Shown: in pieces, positions 29,296 through 39,000 of the stretch
Layout of the letters: each line of letters opens with the position of its first letter
Numbering within the stretch: position 1 is the first letter of the stretch
Source of the DNA: Patescibacteria group bacterium
GTDB taxonomy: Bacteria > Patescibacteriota > Patescibacteriia > UBA10025 > JAHIVO01
Direction: 5' to 3'
Length of the DNA stretch: 64,000 nucleotides
Assembly: GCA_028718605.1 (NCBI GenBank)
Contig: JAQULM010000001.1
Coordinates: forward strand, 337,073-401,072
The notes under the pieces: generated by a model
The model's input: only the letters and a program-made list of their open reading frames with translations
What the model was told of the DNA's origin: nothing
Databases searched by the model: none
Made by a program: the position numbers and the translations under genes

Positions 29296-31044
29296 TTACT
29301 CTTTGGTCACCCGGAGAATCTCTGCCAAGGAAGTCTTGCCTTCAAGCGCCTTCAGCAATCCATCCTGGAGCATGGGGACCATATTCTGGCGTTTGGACGC
29401 ATTGCGTATTTCATCGATTGTCGGATTGGTGACACAAACTTTTTTCAAGTCTTCGTCCATTTCCAGAATCTCATTAATTAACAATCGGCCTTTGTACCCC
29501 GTCTGTTCGCAGCGAACGCATCCTTTTCCTTCATGGAATACGAGCTTGTCTGGTTTTTTGCCCAAACGCTCCACCATGATCGCTTCAGGAATTATCTCAA
29601 GATATTTCCGCACTTCTTTCTCGAGCTCGGCTGGCAACGTAGTCTCCTTCTGGCAGTACGGGCAGAGGCGCCGCACAAGCCGCTGTGCTGCAACGGTCGA
29701 TAGCGAAGCGGTGATAAGAAAAGGCTCGATCTTCATGTCAATAAGCCGCGGGATCGCCCCGAACGAATCGTTCGTGTGGAGCGTCGATAGTACGAGATGC
29801 CCTGTCAGTGCGGCATGCACCGCTAGTTCCGCAGTTTCATTATCACGAATTTCGCCAACCATGATCACGTCAGGGTCCTGCCGGAGGATCGAACGCAACC
29901 CAGCGGCAAACGTCAGTCCCACCTCGGGCCTGATCTGGGATTGGTTCACGCCATTAATATAGTACTCAACAGGGTCTTCCAGGGTGACGATATTGATGGA
30001 TTCATCATTTAAAATTGTAAGCAATGCGGATAGCGTCGTGGACTTGCCTGAGCCAGTCGGACCAGTAAGTAAAATCATGCCGACGCTCTTTTCAACCGAT
30101 GCCTGCATGACCTTCAGGTCTCTGCCTTCAAAACCCAGTTTTTCCAGGTCGAGCACAACTGCTGCACGATCCAAAATACGCATCACTACTTTTTCGTTGG
30201 TGAAGAGCGGCAAGGTCGACACACGATAATCAATGATGCGGCCGTCCCATTCCGTTCGGAAACGCCCATCTTGCGGTATGCGGGTTTCATCGAGCTTTAA
30301 ATTTGAGAGCACCTTGATGCGGGCGACAATGGCAGAATGCACATACCGCGGCAAGACAAGAGATGTATGCAGTACGCCGTCCACGCGGTACCTGACTCTC
30401 GTCTCATTTTCAACCGGCTCAATATGGATATCCGACGCATTGCCCTCGACTGCATGTTTGAGGATGACTGAAACCATCTTCGATACCGGCGCGCTCTTTA
30501 CCACCTTGTCGGCCGTCTTCTCGCCCTCGAGTATCTCATCAGCGGCCGTTTTCTGCGACTGGTCTGCGCCAGCGAGCGCTTCTTCAACCTCGGCGCCGAG
30601 TGTCGCATACTGCTTTGAGGCATACCGAAAACCGCTCGCAGAAATGATGGAGTATTTCACCTTGAAACCATGCTCGCGTGCCAGGAATTCCACCGCCTCG
30701 ATCGCTTTAAAATCGCTCGGGTCTTCCATCGCAATGCTGACGTCAATCCCCGCTTTTTCAAAAGCGACAACATGGTAGTTCTGGGCGAGTTCACGCGGGA
30801 TGATATTCAGGACAGTCTGCGATATCGTTTTGCCGAAGAGATCGATATACGGAACGCCGAGCACGTCAGCCCGCGCTTTTGCCACATCCTCTTCTGATAT
30901 GAGGCCGCGCTGTATCGCCATTTCGGCGACTTCATTCTCGTCCTGGGTACGCTGGCGGAGCTCATCGATCCGGTCAGAAGAAATCACCCCCCGCTCCAAA
31001 AGGAGGTTCAAGAGAGATGGTTTGTTTGTAATGCTGGAATCCAT
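29296..31044 (-). CDS. pilB: T4P extension ATPase PilB/GspE
   Basis: ASDIHIEP, PQDGR, GPTGSGKSTT, LRQDPDVIMVGEIRD, LSTLHTN and a tetracysteine motif. Start at 31044 avoids overlap. Confidence 0.96.
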   Translation of the reverse strand: MDSSITNKPSLLNLLLERGVISSDRIDELRQRTQDENEVAEMAIQRGLISEEDVAKARADVLGVPYIDLFGKTISQTVLNIIPRELAQNYHVVAFEKAGIDVSIAMEDPSDFKAIEAVEFLAREHGFKVKYSIISASGFRYASKQYATLGAEVEEALAGADQSQKTAADEILEGEKTADKVVKSAPVSKMVSVILKHAVEGNASDIHIEPVENETRVRYRVDGVLHTSLVLPRYVHSAIVARIKVLSNLKLDETRIPQDGRFRTEWDGRIIDYRVSTLPLFTNEKVVMRILDRAAVVLDLEKLGFEGRDLKVMQASVEKSVGMILLTGPTGSGKSTTLSALLTILNDESINIVTLEDPVEYYINGVNQSQIRPEVGLTFAAGLRSILRQDPDVIMVGEIRDNETAELAVHAALTGHLVLSTLHTNDSFGAIPRLIDMKIEPFLITASLSTVAAQRLVRRLCPYCQKETTLPAELEKEVRKYLEIIPEAIMVERLGKKPDKLVFHEGKGCVRCEQTGYKGRLLINEILEMDEDLKKVCVTNPTIDEIRNASKRQNMVPMLQDGLLKALEGKTSLAEILRVTKE

Positions 31045-31063
31045 GCGGGTATAAACTGTTTTT

Positions 31064-31987
31064 TTAAAACGCCGGCTGGAACGGATTGAGGCGGTACGGC
31101 GTCGCGAGGATATTCCTCGACGACTCATTATTGCTGGTATCAACGCTCGTGACCGTATAAAAATAGGGAGTGTTTGAATCAACCGTATCAAGATACGACG
31201 TTGCGGTTGGTACATAATCTTCCGCCTTTTTCGGCCAGATCAGTGACCCGACAACACCTTGCTGTTCAGAACGGTATATCCGCACGAGTGCAAAATCAGA
31301 ATTCTGCGGCGGTAACCATGAAACAAGGATCCCCCTCTCGGTACTCTGCACGGTGACATTCAGTGGGGCATCGGGCGCAATACGATCAGTCGGCACTCCG
31401 CTCGTCGGTTCCTTGTTGCTGGACTCAGATTCACCGGCTTCGCTCGAGAGTGCGGTCCGAACAATGTATGAGTACTGCTGCCCATTTTTCAGCGGAACAT
31501 CGGACGCCTGATCATGCCACTCGTCACGAAAACTCATGACGGCACCGGGAACCGGCGACGTCAATTCCTGGTAGTAGATAGGGTGCGCCGTTTTCTCATC
31601 GCCGACCGCTCGATAAATACGTAGAGCGTTAAAATTTATATATTTCGGCAGCTCCCATGTAATGACGAGCTGGCTCCCTACCTTCGTATCAGTAACGGTA
31701 ACATTCAGCGGTTGGAGCGGCTTCGTGGAATCGAGCTTGATCCCTTCAAGCTGATTTGTAAAACCAGAAAATGGCACCTTGGACAGGCTGTAGTACTGCG
31801 GATCTTTGAATATCTGGTCGTCAACGTCAAATGTTAGCGTTTGCCCTGAACCTGCATCGTCTACGACAATAGGGGCTACTGCGGGATTCGGGCCGGCGTT
31901 CTTGAAGTATGAATTGTATACCATATACCCCCCTGCAATAATCAGTACACCAAGAACTCCGAGAAGGGTTAGCGTCCTTTTTGACAT
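31064..31987 (-). CDS. membrane-anchored fibronectin type III protein (in the PilP position)
   Basis: N-terminal TM; two Fn3-like domains (L.ITW..P..IYR..YSY.V and VSW.PP..IYRS..YFYTVTSVD..NES). Confidence 0.75.
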   Translation of the reverse strand: MSKRTLTLLGVLGVLIIAGGYMVYNSYFKNAGPNPAVAPIVVDDAGSGQTLTFDVDDQIFKDPQYYSLSKVPFSGFTNQLEGIKLDSTKPLQPLNVTVTDTKVGSQLVITWELPKYINFNALRIYRAVGDEKTAHPIYYQELTSPVPGAVMSFRDEWHDQASDVPLKNGQQYSYIVRTALSSEAGESESSNKEPTSGVPTDRIAPDAPLNVTVQSTERGILVSWLPPQNSDFALVRIYRSEQQGVVGSLIWPKKAEDYVPTATSYLDTVDSNTPYFYTVTSVDTSNNESSRNILATPYRLNPFQPAF

Positions 31988-32023
31988 TTTTTCACCGCCG
32001 ATCTGCATATGCATCCGAGATAA

Positions 32024-32602
32024 TTATTGATAGTACGTTGTGAGATTGAGCGTATAGTCAGACGAAGCCGGATTATAAGAAAACGTACGGAGCTCCATGA
32101 GCGGCAGCTGTGATGTCATCTCGTCCAGAAATTGCTTCACGTTCGCGTATGTGCTCAGGCCACCCACGACAACGATAATATTCATCTGTTGGATGGCGCC
32201 GCCTGCGGTTGCGGGAGCGATATTTGCGGTGAGCGGCCCCACGTCAATGCTCTTCACGTCCAGCCCATTTTTCAGTAAAAATGATTTTAACTCGATGACA
32301 ATCGACGGAATTTGGTCTTGCCGCGGAAGGAGTGTCTGCATACTCCGGACATCATCATACGTCAGGTCCGCATAACGTTTTTCCAGCTTCTTGAGGCGTG
32401 TAAGCGTTTCGCTTCTGTCGATAAGCAGCTGTTCCTTGCCTTCCAGGTCACTCACGCCGATCTCGTTGATATCGGCGAGCGTATCCTTGATAAAGAGCAC
32501 ATACCCCGTACCCAGAACTGCGAGTACGACACCGATCGAAATATATACGAAATACTTCGTGAACCCGACAATTATTTTTCTTTTTACCACTGAAGGTTTC
32601 AT
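32024..32602 (-). CDS. pilO: PilO-like protein
   Basis: TM, coiled coil, LLP...IP, G..TY..VK.FL and L.L.TYY; located after pilN. Confidence 0.75.
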   Translation of the reverse strand: MKPSVVKRKIIVGFTKYFVYISIGVVLAVLGTGYVLFIKDTLADINEIGVSDLEGKEQLLIDRSETLTRLKKLEKRYADLTYDDVRSMQTLLPRQDQIPSIVIELKSFLLKNGLDVKSIDVGPLTANIAPATAGGAIQQMNIIVVVGGLSTYANVKQFLDEMTSQLPLMELRTFSYNPASSDYTLNLTTYYQ

Positions 32603-32607
32603 AGGCG

Positions 32608-34656
32608 CTATCTGCTGTAGTAAAAAATTGTTGGATAAATCAGGAGGTCAACGGTAAACTGGACGGGGCGATCACTGCCTGTTTGTTTAGCATCGCTTGT
32701 TCCCGCCGTATCTTGCTGGAATCCAATGAGCGAGATCGTCGCGGACTGTACGAAATCACTTGCTCGCTGGAACACGTACAGCTGCTTAACCGCCGCTTCG
32801 TACGTTTTTCCTACCGCAGTGACTTGAACAGTGCCATTCACGTCAACCGTCAATGTCGTGAGGTATACGTCAGGAATCGTATTTTGCTCAAGTTTCGTAA
32901 AGATTTTCGACCAGTAGACATGGTTCGCGAGAAGTTTCCGAATGCCTGCGACGCGGGCGTTGAATTGGTTTACCTCGTCTTGGATCTTTGAATGCTTCGT
33001 GATCTCCGTCTCTTTACTCTGTATCTTGCTCTCGACATCACTGATCTGTGTCGTGATGTTATTGTGGTAAAAATTGGTCCAGAGCCAACCGCCAAACACG
33101 AGAGCGCACGTGACAATAATAAATAGTACGAGGTAGAGCACTTTTGAAATTGGAATTTCCTGCTCGACGATTTCTTCTGGGACGAGATTAACCTCCCAAT
33201 CAAACGGTTTCACCCGCAGAGACGCATCTGCTGGTTGGGTGAGGCTGATTGACTCATCCCCTTTCTTCTGCCGTAAAAGCGGAGGGACATGCATCCGGTC
33301 GTGCGCTTCACTATGCCCGCGTTTTTCAGTTGAACGGGGGTACACCATACCGACAGTCTCTGGTGCGCCTGCATGATGCATTTCTCTGGCATCAGGTGAC
33401 GCGGGAGGCGGCGGAGGCATCAAGCGTTCTGGCATACCGGCATGCTTCAATGCTGGCTGCTCACCAACCAGCGGCACGCGAGTGTGAGCCTGAGCATGCG
33501 TATGCTTTCCGAATAAGCCAATTATTTTTTTCCACAGGCGTTTGAGCCAATTGTCTTTCTTCGGGAGTGCAGCTTCCAGCCCATGCCGAAGATCAGGCAA
33601 CGGTGGAGGCGGCGCTGGCGGCACGCGCAGCGGCGCCGATGGGACGGCTGGCTTCACAGCTGGCGGCGGGGTAACCATTCGCGGCGCAGCCGGTTTCTGG
33701 ATTACTGGCATGGTATGCAATAGAGAAGGCGCTGCCATTGCTGCAGCTGGCTTCACCGCCGATGGCTGTGGACGCAGAGGTGATGGCAACGGCGCTGGTC
33801 GTATTGGCTCAGCCGGAATCTGAGGTGCTGGCGGCATTGGCACCCGCGTCTCGGTCTGAGCGTGAAACATTTCAGGGACGTGTGGCTTCTGCGGTGCCGA
33901 TGGTGCTGCCGGGACAGTGGGCTGAGGCTTTTTCTTCGTACTGAAAATCCGTTTCAACCATGCGACAAACCGCTGCCACCCGGTAACACGCTTGGGTGCG
34001 GGTATAAGGGCAGGGACGCGCGATTCCAGCATCGCGTGAAGTTTCGGTTCAACAACTGGAAATCCATCCTTTGTATAAACCAATCGTTTTGGCGGTATCG
34101 GAACCTGCGGCTCCTGCGGAGGTTCCTGGCGAGTAACTACCTGGACGATATCACCATTACGCGGTTTTCGTGGAGCAAGCACTGGCATCACTTTCTCGGC
34201 TCGGACGGATGAGTATTTCGGAAATTGGCTGGCGGGACCCCCAGAAATTGGTGCGTGTACAATCGTCGGTTGCACTGGCTGCCTCTTTCCGAATAACCTG
34301 CTCCAGAACGAACCGCCCTGGTGCGCCTTTTTCTTCACGACGAGCGCTGGCTTCGGGGCGACATACGATACAGTCGGTTTCAGTGACGGCCGCTGCTTTA
34401 CGTACGTAATTTTTTCCGTCAGCAGGATTTTCTTCTCGGGCATCTGCCGCAGTGGCGCGCCCTCCTCAATCGTTTGTTTCGGTTTCTGGAATGCTCCTTT
34501 GAAAAACGTCAAAACACCAGCTGTATGTTTGACCGGCTTTTGATCGGGCCTTCGCTCTCCCGGGACGGGTCCGGTGAGCTCAATCCGAGGAGATACAAGC
34601 TGTTTTTCTCTTTTTATTTTTGCTTTTTCCTCGCTGGGGAGGAGATTGATCGCCAT
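32608..34656 (-). CDS. pilN: PilN-like protein with ~480-aa Pro-rich N-terminal extension
   Basis: N-terminal INLLP; C-terminal part has VNLVP-TM-coiled coil-H.YWS..F..LE..T.P.V and VQFTV.L. Confidence 0.75.
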   Translation of the reverse strand: MAINLLPSEEKAKIKREKQLVSPRIELTGPVPGERRPDQKPVKHTAGVLTFFKGAFQKPKQTIEEGAPLRQMPEKKILLTEKITYVKQRPSLKPTVSYVAPKPALVVKKKAHQGGSFWSRLFGKRQPVQPTIVHAPISGGPASQFPKYSSVRAEKVMPVLAPRKPRNGDIVQVVTRQEPPQEPQVPIPPKRLVYTKDGFPVVEPKLHAMLESRVPALIPAPKRVTGWQRFVAWLKRIFSTKKKPQPTVPAAPSAPQKPHVPEMFHAQTETRVPMPPAPQIPAEPIRPAPLPSPLRPQPSAVKPAAAMAAPSLLHTMPVIQKPAAPRMVTPPPAVKPAVPSAPLRVPPAPPPPLPDLRHGLEAALPKKDNWLKRLWKKIIGLFGKHTHAQAHTRVPLVGEQPALKHAGMPERLMPPPPPASPDAREMHHAGAPETVGMVYPRSTEKRGHSEAHDRMHVPPLLRQKKGDESISLTQPADASLRVKPFDWEVNLVPEEIVEQEIPISKVLYLVLFIIVTCALVFGGWLWTNFYHNNITTQISDVESKIQSKETEITKHSKIQDEVNQFNARVAGIRKLLANHVYWSKIFTKLEQNTIPDVYLTTLTVDVNGTVQVTAVGKTYEAAVKQLYVFQRASDFVQSATISLIGFQQDTAGTSDAKQTGSDRPVQFTVDLLIYPTIFYYSR

Positions 34657-34786
34657 AATGGCTTTTTTTGTTTTGGGATTGCGCGGAACAATCCTTCACT
34701 ATTTCGAATACGACCTTATACCCTGCTGGCGGTAAAGGCCTGTAAACCTTACGTGAAGATGGTTTATTTTTTTGGTTTACACCTTT

Positions 34787-34815
34787 ATTTTAGCACATTT
34801 AAATGAGAAAGTCAA
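34787..34815 (-). promoter_or_regulatory. internal sigma70 promoter upstream of pilN
   Basis: TTGACT-17 nt-TAAAAT with extended -10 TG. Confidence 0.6.
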
Positions 34816-34929
34816 TACTTTTCCTAATAATTAACAAAAGACCCGCCGCTCACCGCGATGGGCAAATTTTAATCCAACAAATTGTATTCGAACACCGCCG
34901 CACCGGCGCAAGATGCTCTGGTGCAAGTA

Positions 34930-36078
34930 CTACACGATTTCGCGCATCGCGAGGCCGACTGCAACTGCAAGGCGCGGTCCGAGCTGGCGGAGCATCGTAT
35001 CGATTTCAACGGGATGGATCACGCGCGCCCATGGATCGCCGATGTACGTCTTGATATTGAAAACTTTTTCGATGCTCTCAGTAAAGTTCCCGAGGAAAGC
35101 CGAGCCGCCCGTCAGAATAATCTTTGAAACTGTTTTCTTGTGTTGGCCCTGGTAGATATTCAAGATATAGCGCACCTCGTTGACAACGGAATTAATCACA
35201 TACCGCACCGGCTGCGGAAGCTTGTCGATTGACGTGCCGGCAAAGGAACCGCCCATATCATGCTTAAACTGCTCAGCTGCGTGCTCTGGCAAACCCATGG
35301 ACTCTGCAAGGGACTTCGTCACCGATTTACCGCCGAGGTCGATGCTTCGGTGGAGCATCGGCACGTTGTCCGCAAAAATGCTGATGCTGGTCGCCTGGCT
35401 TCCAACGTCTATCACCATCACCGGATTCCGGTCATTGCCGACCAATGATCGCTGCAGGGAAAAAGACTCTGTCTCCAGCCCCACCAATTGCAGCCCCACA
35501 TCCCGGAATAATTCTACATACCGGTTCACCATTTCCTTCGGAGCAGCGGTCAAGAGCACTTTGATGTTGCCTTTCTGGATCATGCCAACCTTTTCGCTTT
35601 CCTTTGATTCTTTCTCTTCTTTCTTATCCTTTTTCGCTTTCTTGCCGGATGCGTCCCCCTCCGCGGCTGTTTTCGCCTGCTTACTGTCCTTTGCGTCTGT
35701 ATCTTGCCCCAGCACTTCCCAGTCGAGAATCATCTCCTCGAGCGGAATCGGCACAAACTTCTTCGCCTCCCAGCGTACGGCGGAAATCAAATCCTTCCTG
35801 CTCATTGCCGGCAAACTGATGATAGAGCTGAACACACTATAGCTCGGCAGAGCAGCAACCGTCTTATCGGTTGAAACGCGCGACCGTTTGATGAGCTCTT
35901 TGAGGTGCACGGCGACAGCGTTCCGCGCTTCAGCGCTCGTATCTTTGATAATGCTGTATGCGCCCTCGACAAAACCATAGGTCACCAACTGCGGCCGGTT
36001 GCCGACGTTTTTCAATTCGACGATTTTGATGCTCGGCCCGCCGAGATCAACTCCGAGATAGTTTAATTTCTTTGCCAT
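34930..36078 (-). CDS. pilM: T4P alignment protein PilM
   Basis: LGVDLG..SIKIVEL, EAKKFVP.P, IDVGS, ILTGGSA and LAVAVGLAMR (actin/FtsA fold). Confidence 0.95.
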   Translation of the reverse strand: MAKKLNYLGVDLGGPSIKIVELKNVGNRPQLVTYGFVEGAYSIIKDTSAEARNAVAVHLKELIKRSRVSTDKTVAALPSYSVFSSIISLPAMSRKDLISAVRWEAKKFVPIPLEEMILDWEVLGQDTDAKDSKQAKTAAEGDASGKKAKKDKKEEKESKESEKVGMIQKGNIKVLLTAAPKEMVNRYVELFRDVGLQLVGLETESFSLQRSLVGNDRNPVMVIDVGSQATSISIFADNVPMLHRSIDLGGKSVTKSLAESMGLPEHAAEQFKHDMGGSFAGTSIDKLPQPVRYVINSVVNEVRYILNIYQGQHKKTVSKIILTGGSAFLGNFTESIEKVFNIKTYIGDPWARVIHPVEIDTMLRQLGPRLAVAVGLAMREIV

Positions 36079-36098
36079 GGATATACGTTGAAGTTTAT

Positions 36099-39000
36099 TT
36101 ACGGAACCACACGCTGATAAACGGGAAGCGCCTTCGAGAAGTCTGACAAACCAGGCGGCGTATTCGCCAGCACCCTTCCATCATAGACGATTTGTTCCGC
36201 AGCAGCAAGGTCTTTGAGGTATGTACGATCAAAATTGAAACCTTTCGCTACCAGCAAACCTGATACTTTCAGGGGCACTACATAATCAACTTCAAGAACG
36301 GTCCTGGTTACTTCACTGATCCCCCGGTATTCGCCAGCTCCTACCGTTTCCGGATCGCGCCGCAGCCGAATCGTTGGTTCGGTAAATCCAGCAACTCCTG
36401 GCTGATACAGATCGCGGCTGATGAATGTTTCGATAAGATCAGCAATATCAGACGTGACAATCGTGCTCCCCGTAGGCCAATCGCCCGCAGCTATGGTCTG
36501 CGCTTCTTCAGACGTTGCTCTATCAAGCGGCAAGTCGAACGGATTACCACCGTCAAACGTGCCCGGAAATCCATCTAATAACCCCTGCCGCACCTCGAAA
36601 CCTGCACTCCCTAAACCGCAGATCGTGCTTCTCAGGGAGGCCCGCTTGATATCTGCATTCTTCGGCAGGTCAAACTCGCGGAAGCGGAAAAAATCACGCT
36701 CCGTGTCACTATACGACCCGAACCGCATACAGTCATCGAGCGTATCTGCGTTGTAGAACGGTTCGAAGGCAACCGCATCATCCAATTCATCCACGATGGG
36801 ACGCGTGACGCGCTGCGGCGCGTAATCAATGACGAGCTGCGGTTCGTTCCCTGTTACGGGATCATCCCACGCACGGGCGATCGCTAACTCATCATTGGCC
36901 GCGGTCCCTTCGTTCAGCATGAGGCCAATTGCATTGCCTGCAGCATACTCAGGCATGTCGATAAACCGTTGTACCAAACTTTTAATATCAGGGGATGTAT
37001 TCTGCGCATTTGCCTGCCAGTCCGCCATCGGGAAGCTTATGCTGTTCGTCGTGTCGAGATTATAGATATTCGCTGGATCATTCCCATAATTCGCGCTGTC
37101 AAACGTGGCGACGTTTGTCGAGTCAATGAGATAAATCCGTGAATTAAAGTCACCTGCCGATACCCCGTTTCCCGTAAGCCTCAAATACGCGTGGATAATC
37201 TCAGAGCCCGCTGGGATGTCGAGAGGGAATCGCAGGAAACCACGGTATGTTGCAGTCGCATCCTTGCCGATTCTAATGGTTGTGCCAAGTGTCATATTGA
37301 CGCTATCCGAACTCACGTCAGTATCATCAGTGCTGGACTCGATGACTTCCTCGGCGGGAACTAAACGACCGGTACTGGTTACGCCGTCCTCTTCTGGCGT
37401 TGCCGGATTGTCAATCGCGACAAACGCACCACCCAAATCAGTAACGAACGGGTCGATATAGATATTGCCGCGGACAATGAACGCCGCTGACGGCATTTCA
37501 CTTACATTCTCGAGGCCAGTCTCATCATAGGTAATATTTGCCCGAATTTCGAGGTCACCGTCTATCACGAAGAGTCCGCCCCCGGTCGTTCCACTGGCGG
37601 CGGTGCCTTTCATGAACTCCATTGGATTTGAAATCACATACCGCGTATCAGCTCCATGGAAATAATACACCGTACCATCGAGAACTGGTTGGATTGCAGA
37701 CGGTGATAATGCTGCGCTCGCGCTGATATCAACGATGCCGCTTCCTCCGCCGCTACTCATATCTTCCACGACCGGATTGCCGTACCGATTCAATCCGTCG
37801 CCATCACTGTCATCGGTCAGCCGGCCAACATTAATACGGTCGAGCACGTCTTCGCCGAGCGGGTATCCGGTACCAGTAATCAGCGGCTCGAATCCTGTTT
37901 GGTAATATCCGCTCGTCGGCCGTCCTGTCTCGGTCCCACTGTAATACCCGGGAATGCCCGAAATGCTTTCTTCGCCTTCTTGGCCTGACGTAATGAGGAA
38001 TGTGCTCGTGTATGACCCAGAGCCGCGTGCCGGAGGCGCGAGTTCGACCGTCGTGCCCGCATAAATATCGCTGAACATCGTCTGCACCCACGGGATGCCG
38101 AGAAGCGCAGTTGCAGGCATGAATTCCACCCAGCCAACGCCCGCCTGGCGTACGCCGGGGAACCACTTCGTGAACATCAAGTCGCTACTCGCGCACACAT
38201 ATGCCCGGTATACCCGTTCGAGGCATTGGGGGTAGGCCTCGTCAGTACATACGCTTACGTCATTCGCGGCTAGTAACGAACCAGTCGCCCTGCTCCGCTT
38301 ATCAACCCGAAGGTCGGTAGAATCTTGTCGGCCGATGAAATACACGTACGGATTCGCAATGACAACATCGTACGCAGCCCATCCGCCCCAATCAAGAACG
38401 GTACCCGCTCCACCATTGCCCCAGTCCATGCTAACACCGCATGCACCGTCGGTACACAACGCGCCCGTCGATTTCAAACGCTTCTCGAGATACCAGCCAC
38501 GGCTCGTGCAGCCTGTGGCAGGATCGCACGTCTCGCCGGCAATATACATCATGTCCCCGTCGAGCGCGATTGCATGTGCATCCTCAGTACTGGCACCGAC
38601 ATCAACACTGATTGTACCCGCAGGATCACCGTTTGCACCGCCGAATCCAGATACCAGCTCGCCACGTTTCATATCCCGCTTCTCGAGATGCCATCGTCCA
38701 TTCTCGGCCTGGGAATCGCTGCCGGAAATATACAGATACGTTCCATCCGTCGTAATGCTGAAATTATCACCGTCAACAAGGCCGGCATTCGCTCCAGTCA
38801 AAAACCCGGTGCCATTGCCGAACATCGGATCGAGCTTGCCCGTGGAGAGCAGCCGCTTTTCGATGCGCCACCGGCCGCTGCCGAAGTTCGTACCGTCATA
38901 ATTTTCGTACCCGATGACGTACATATGCAAGCCACTGATAACGATATCAGAAGCGCTTGCGAACCGGCCGGCAATGTACGCCGAGGTCACGACGCCGTCA

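Noticed and set aside
31045-31215. N-terminal extensions given by the ORF track for pilB (also for the major pilin, the FimT-like pilin and paralog 3)
   Set aside because: They overlap upstream genes or leaders; downstream ATGs fit the SD and motif positions better.
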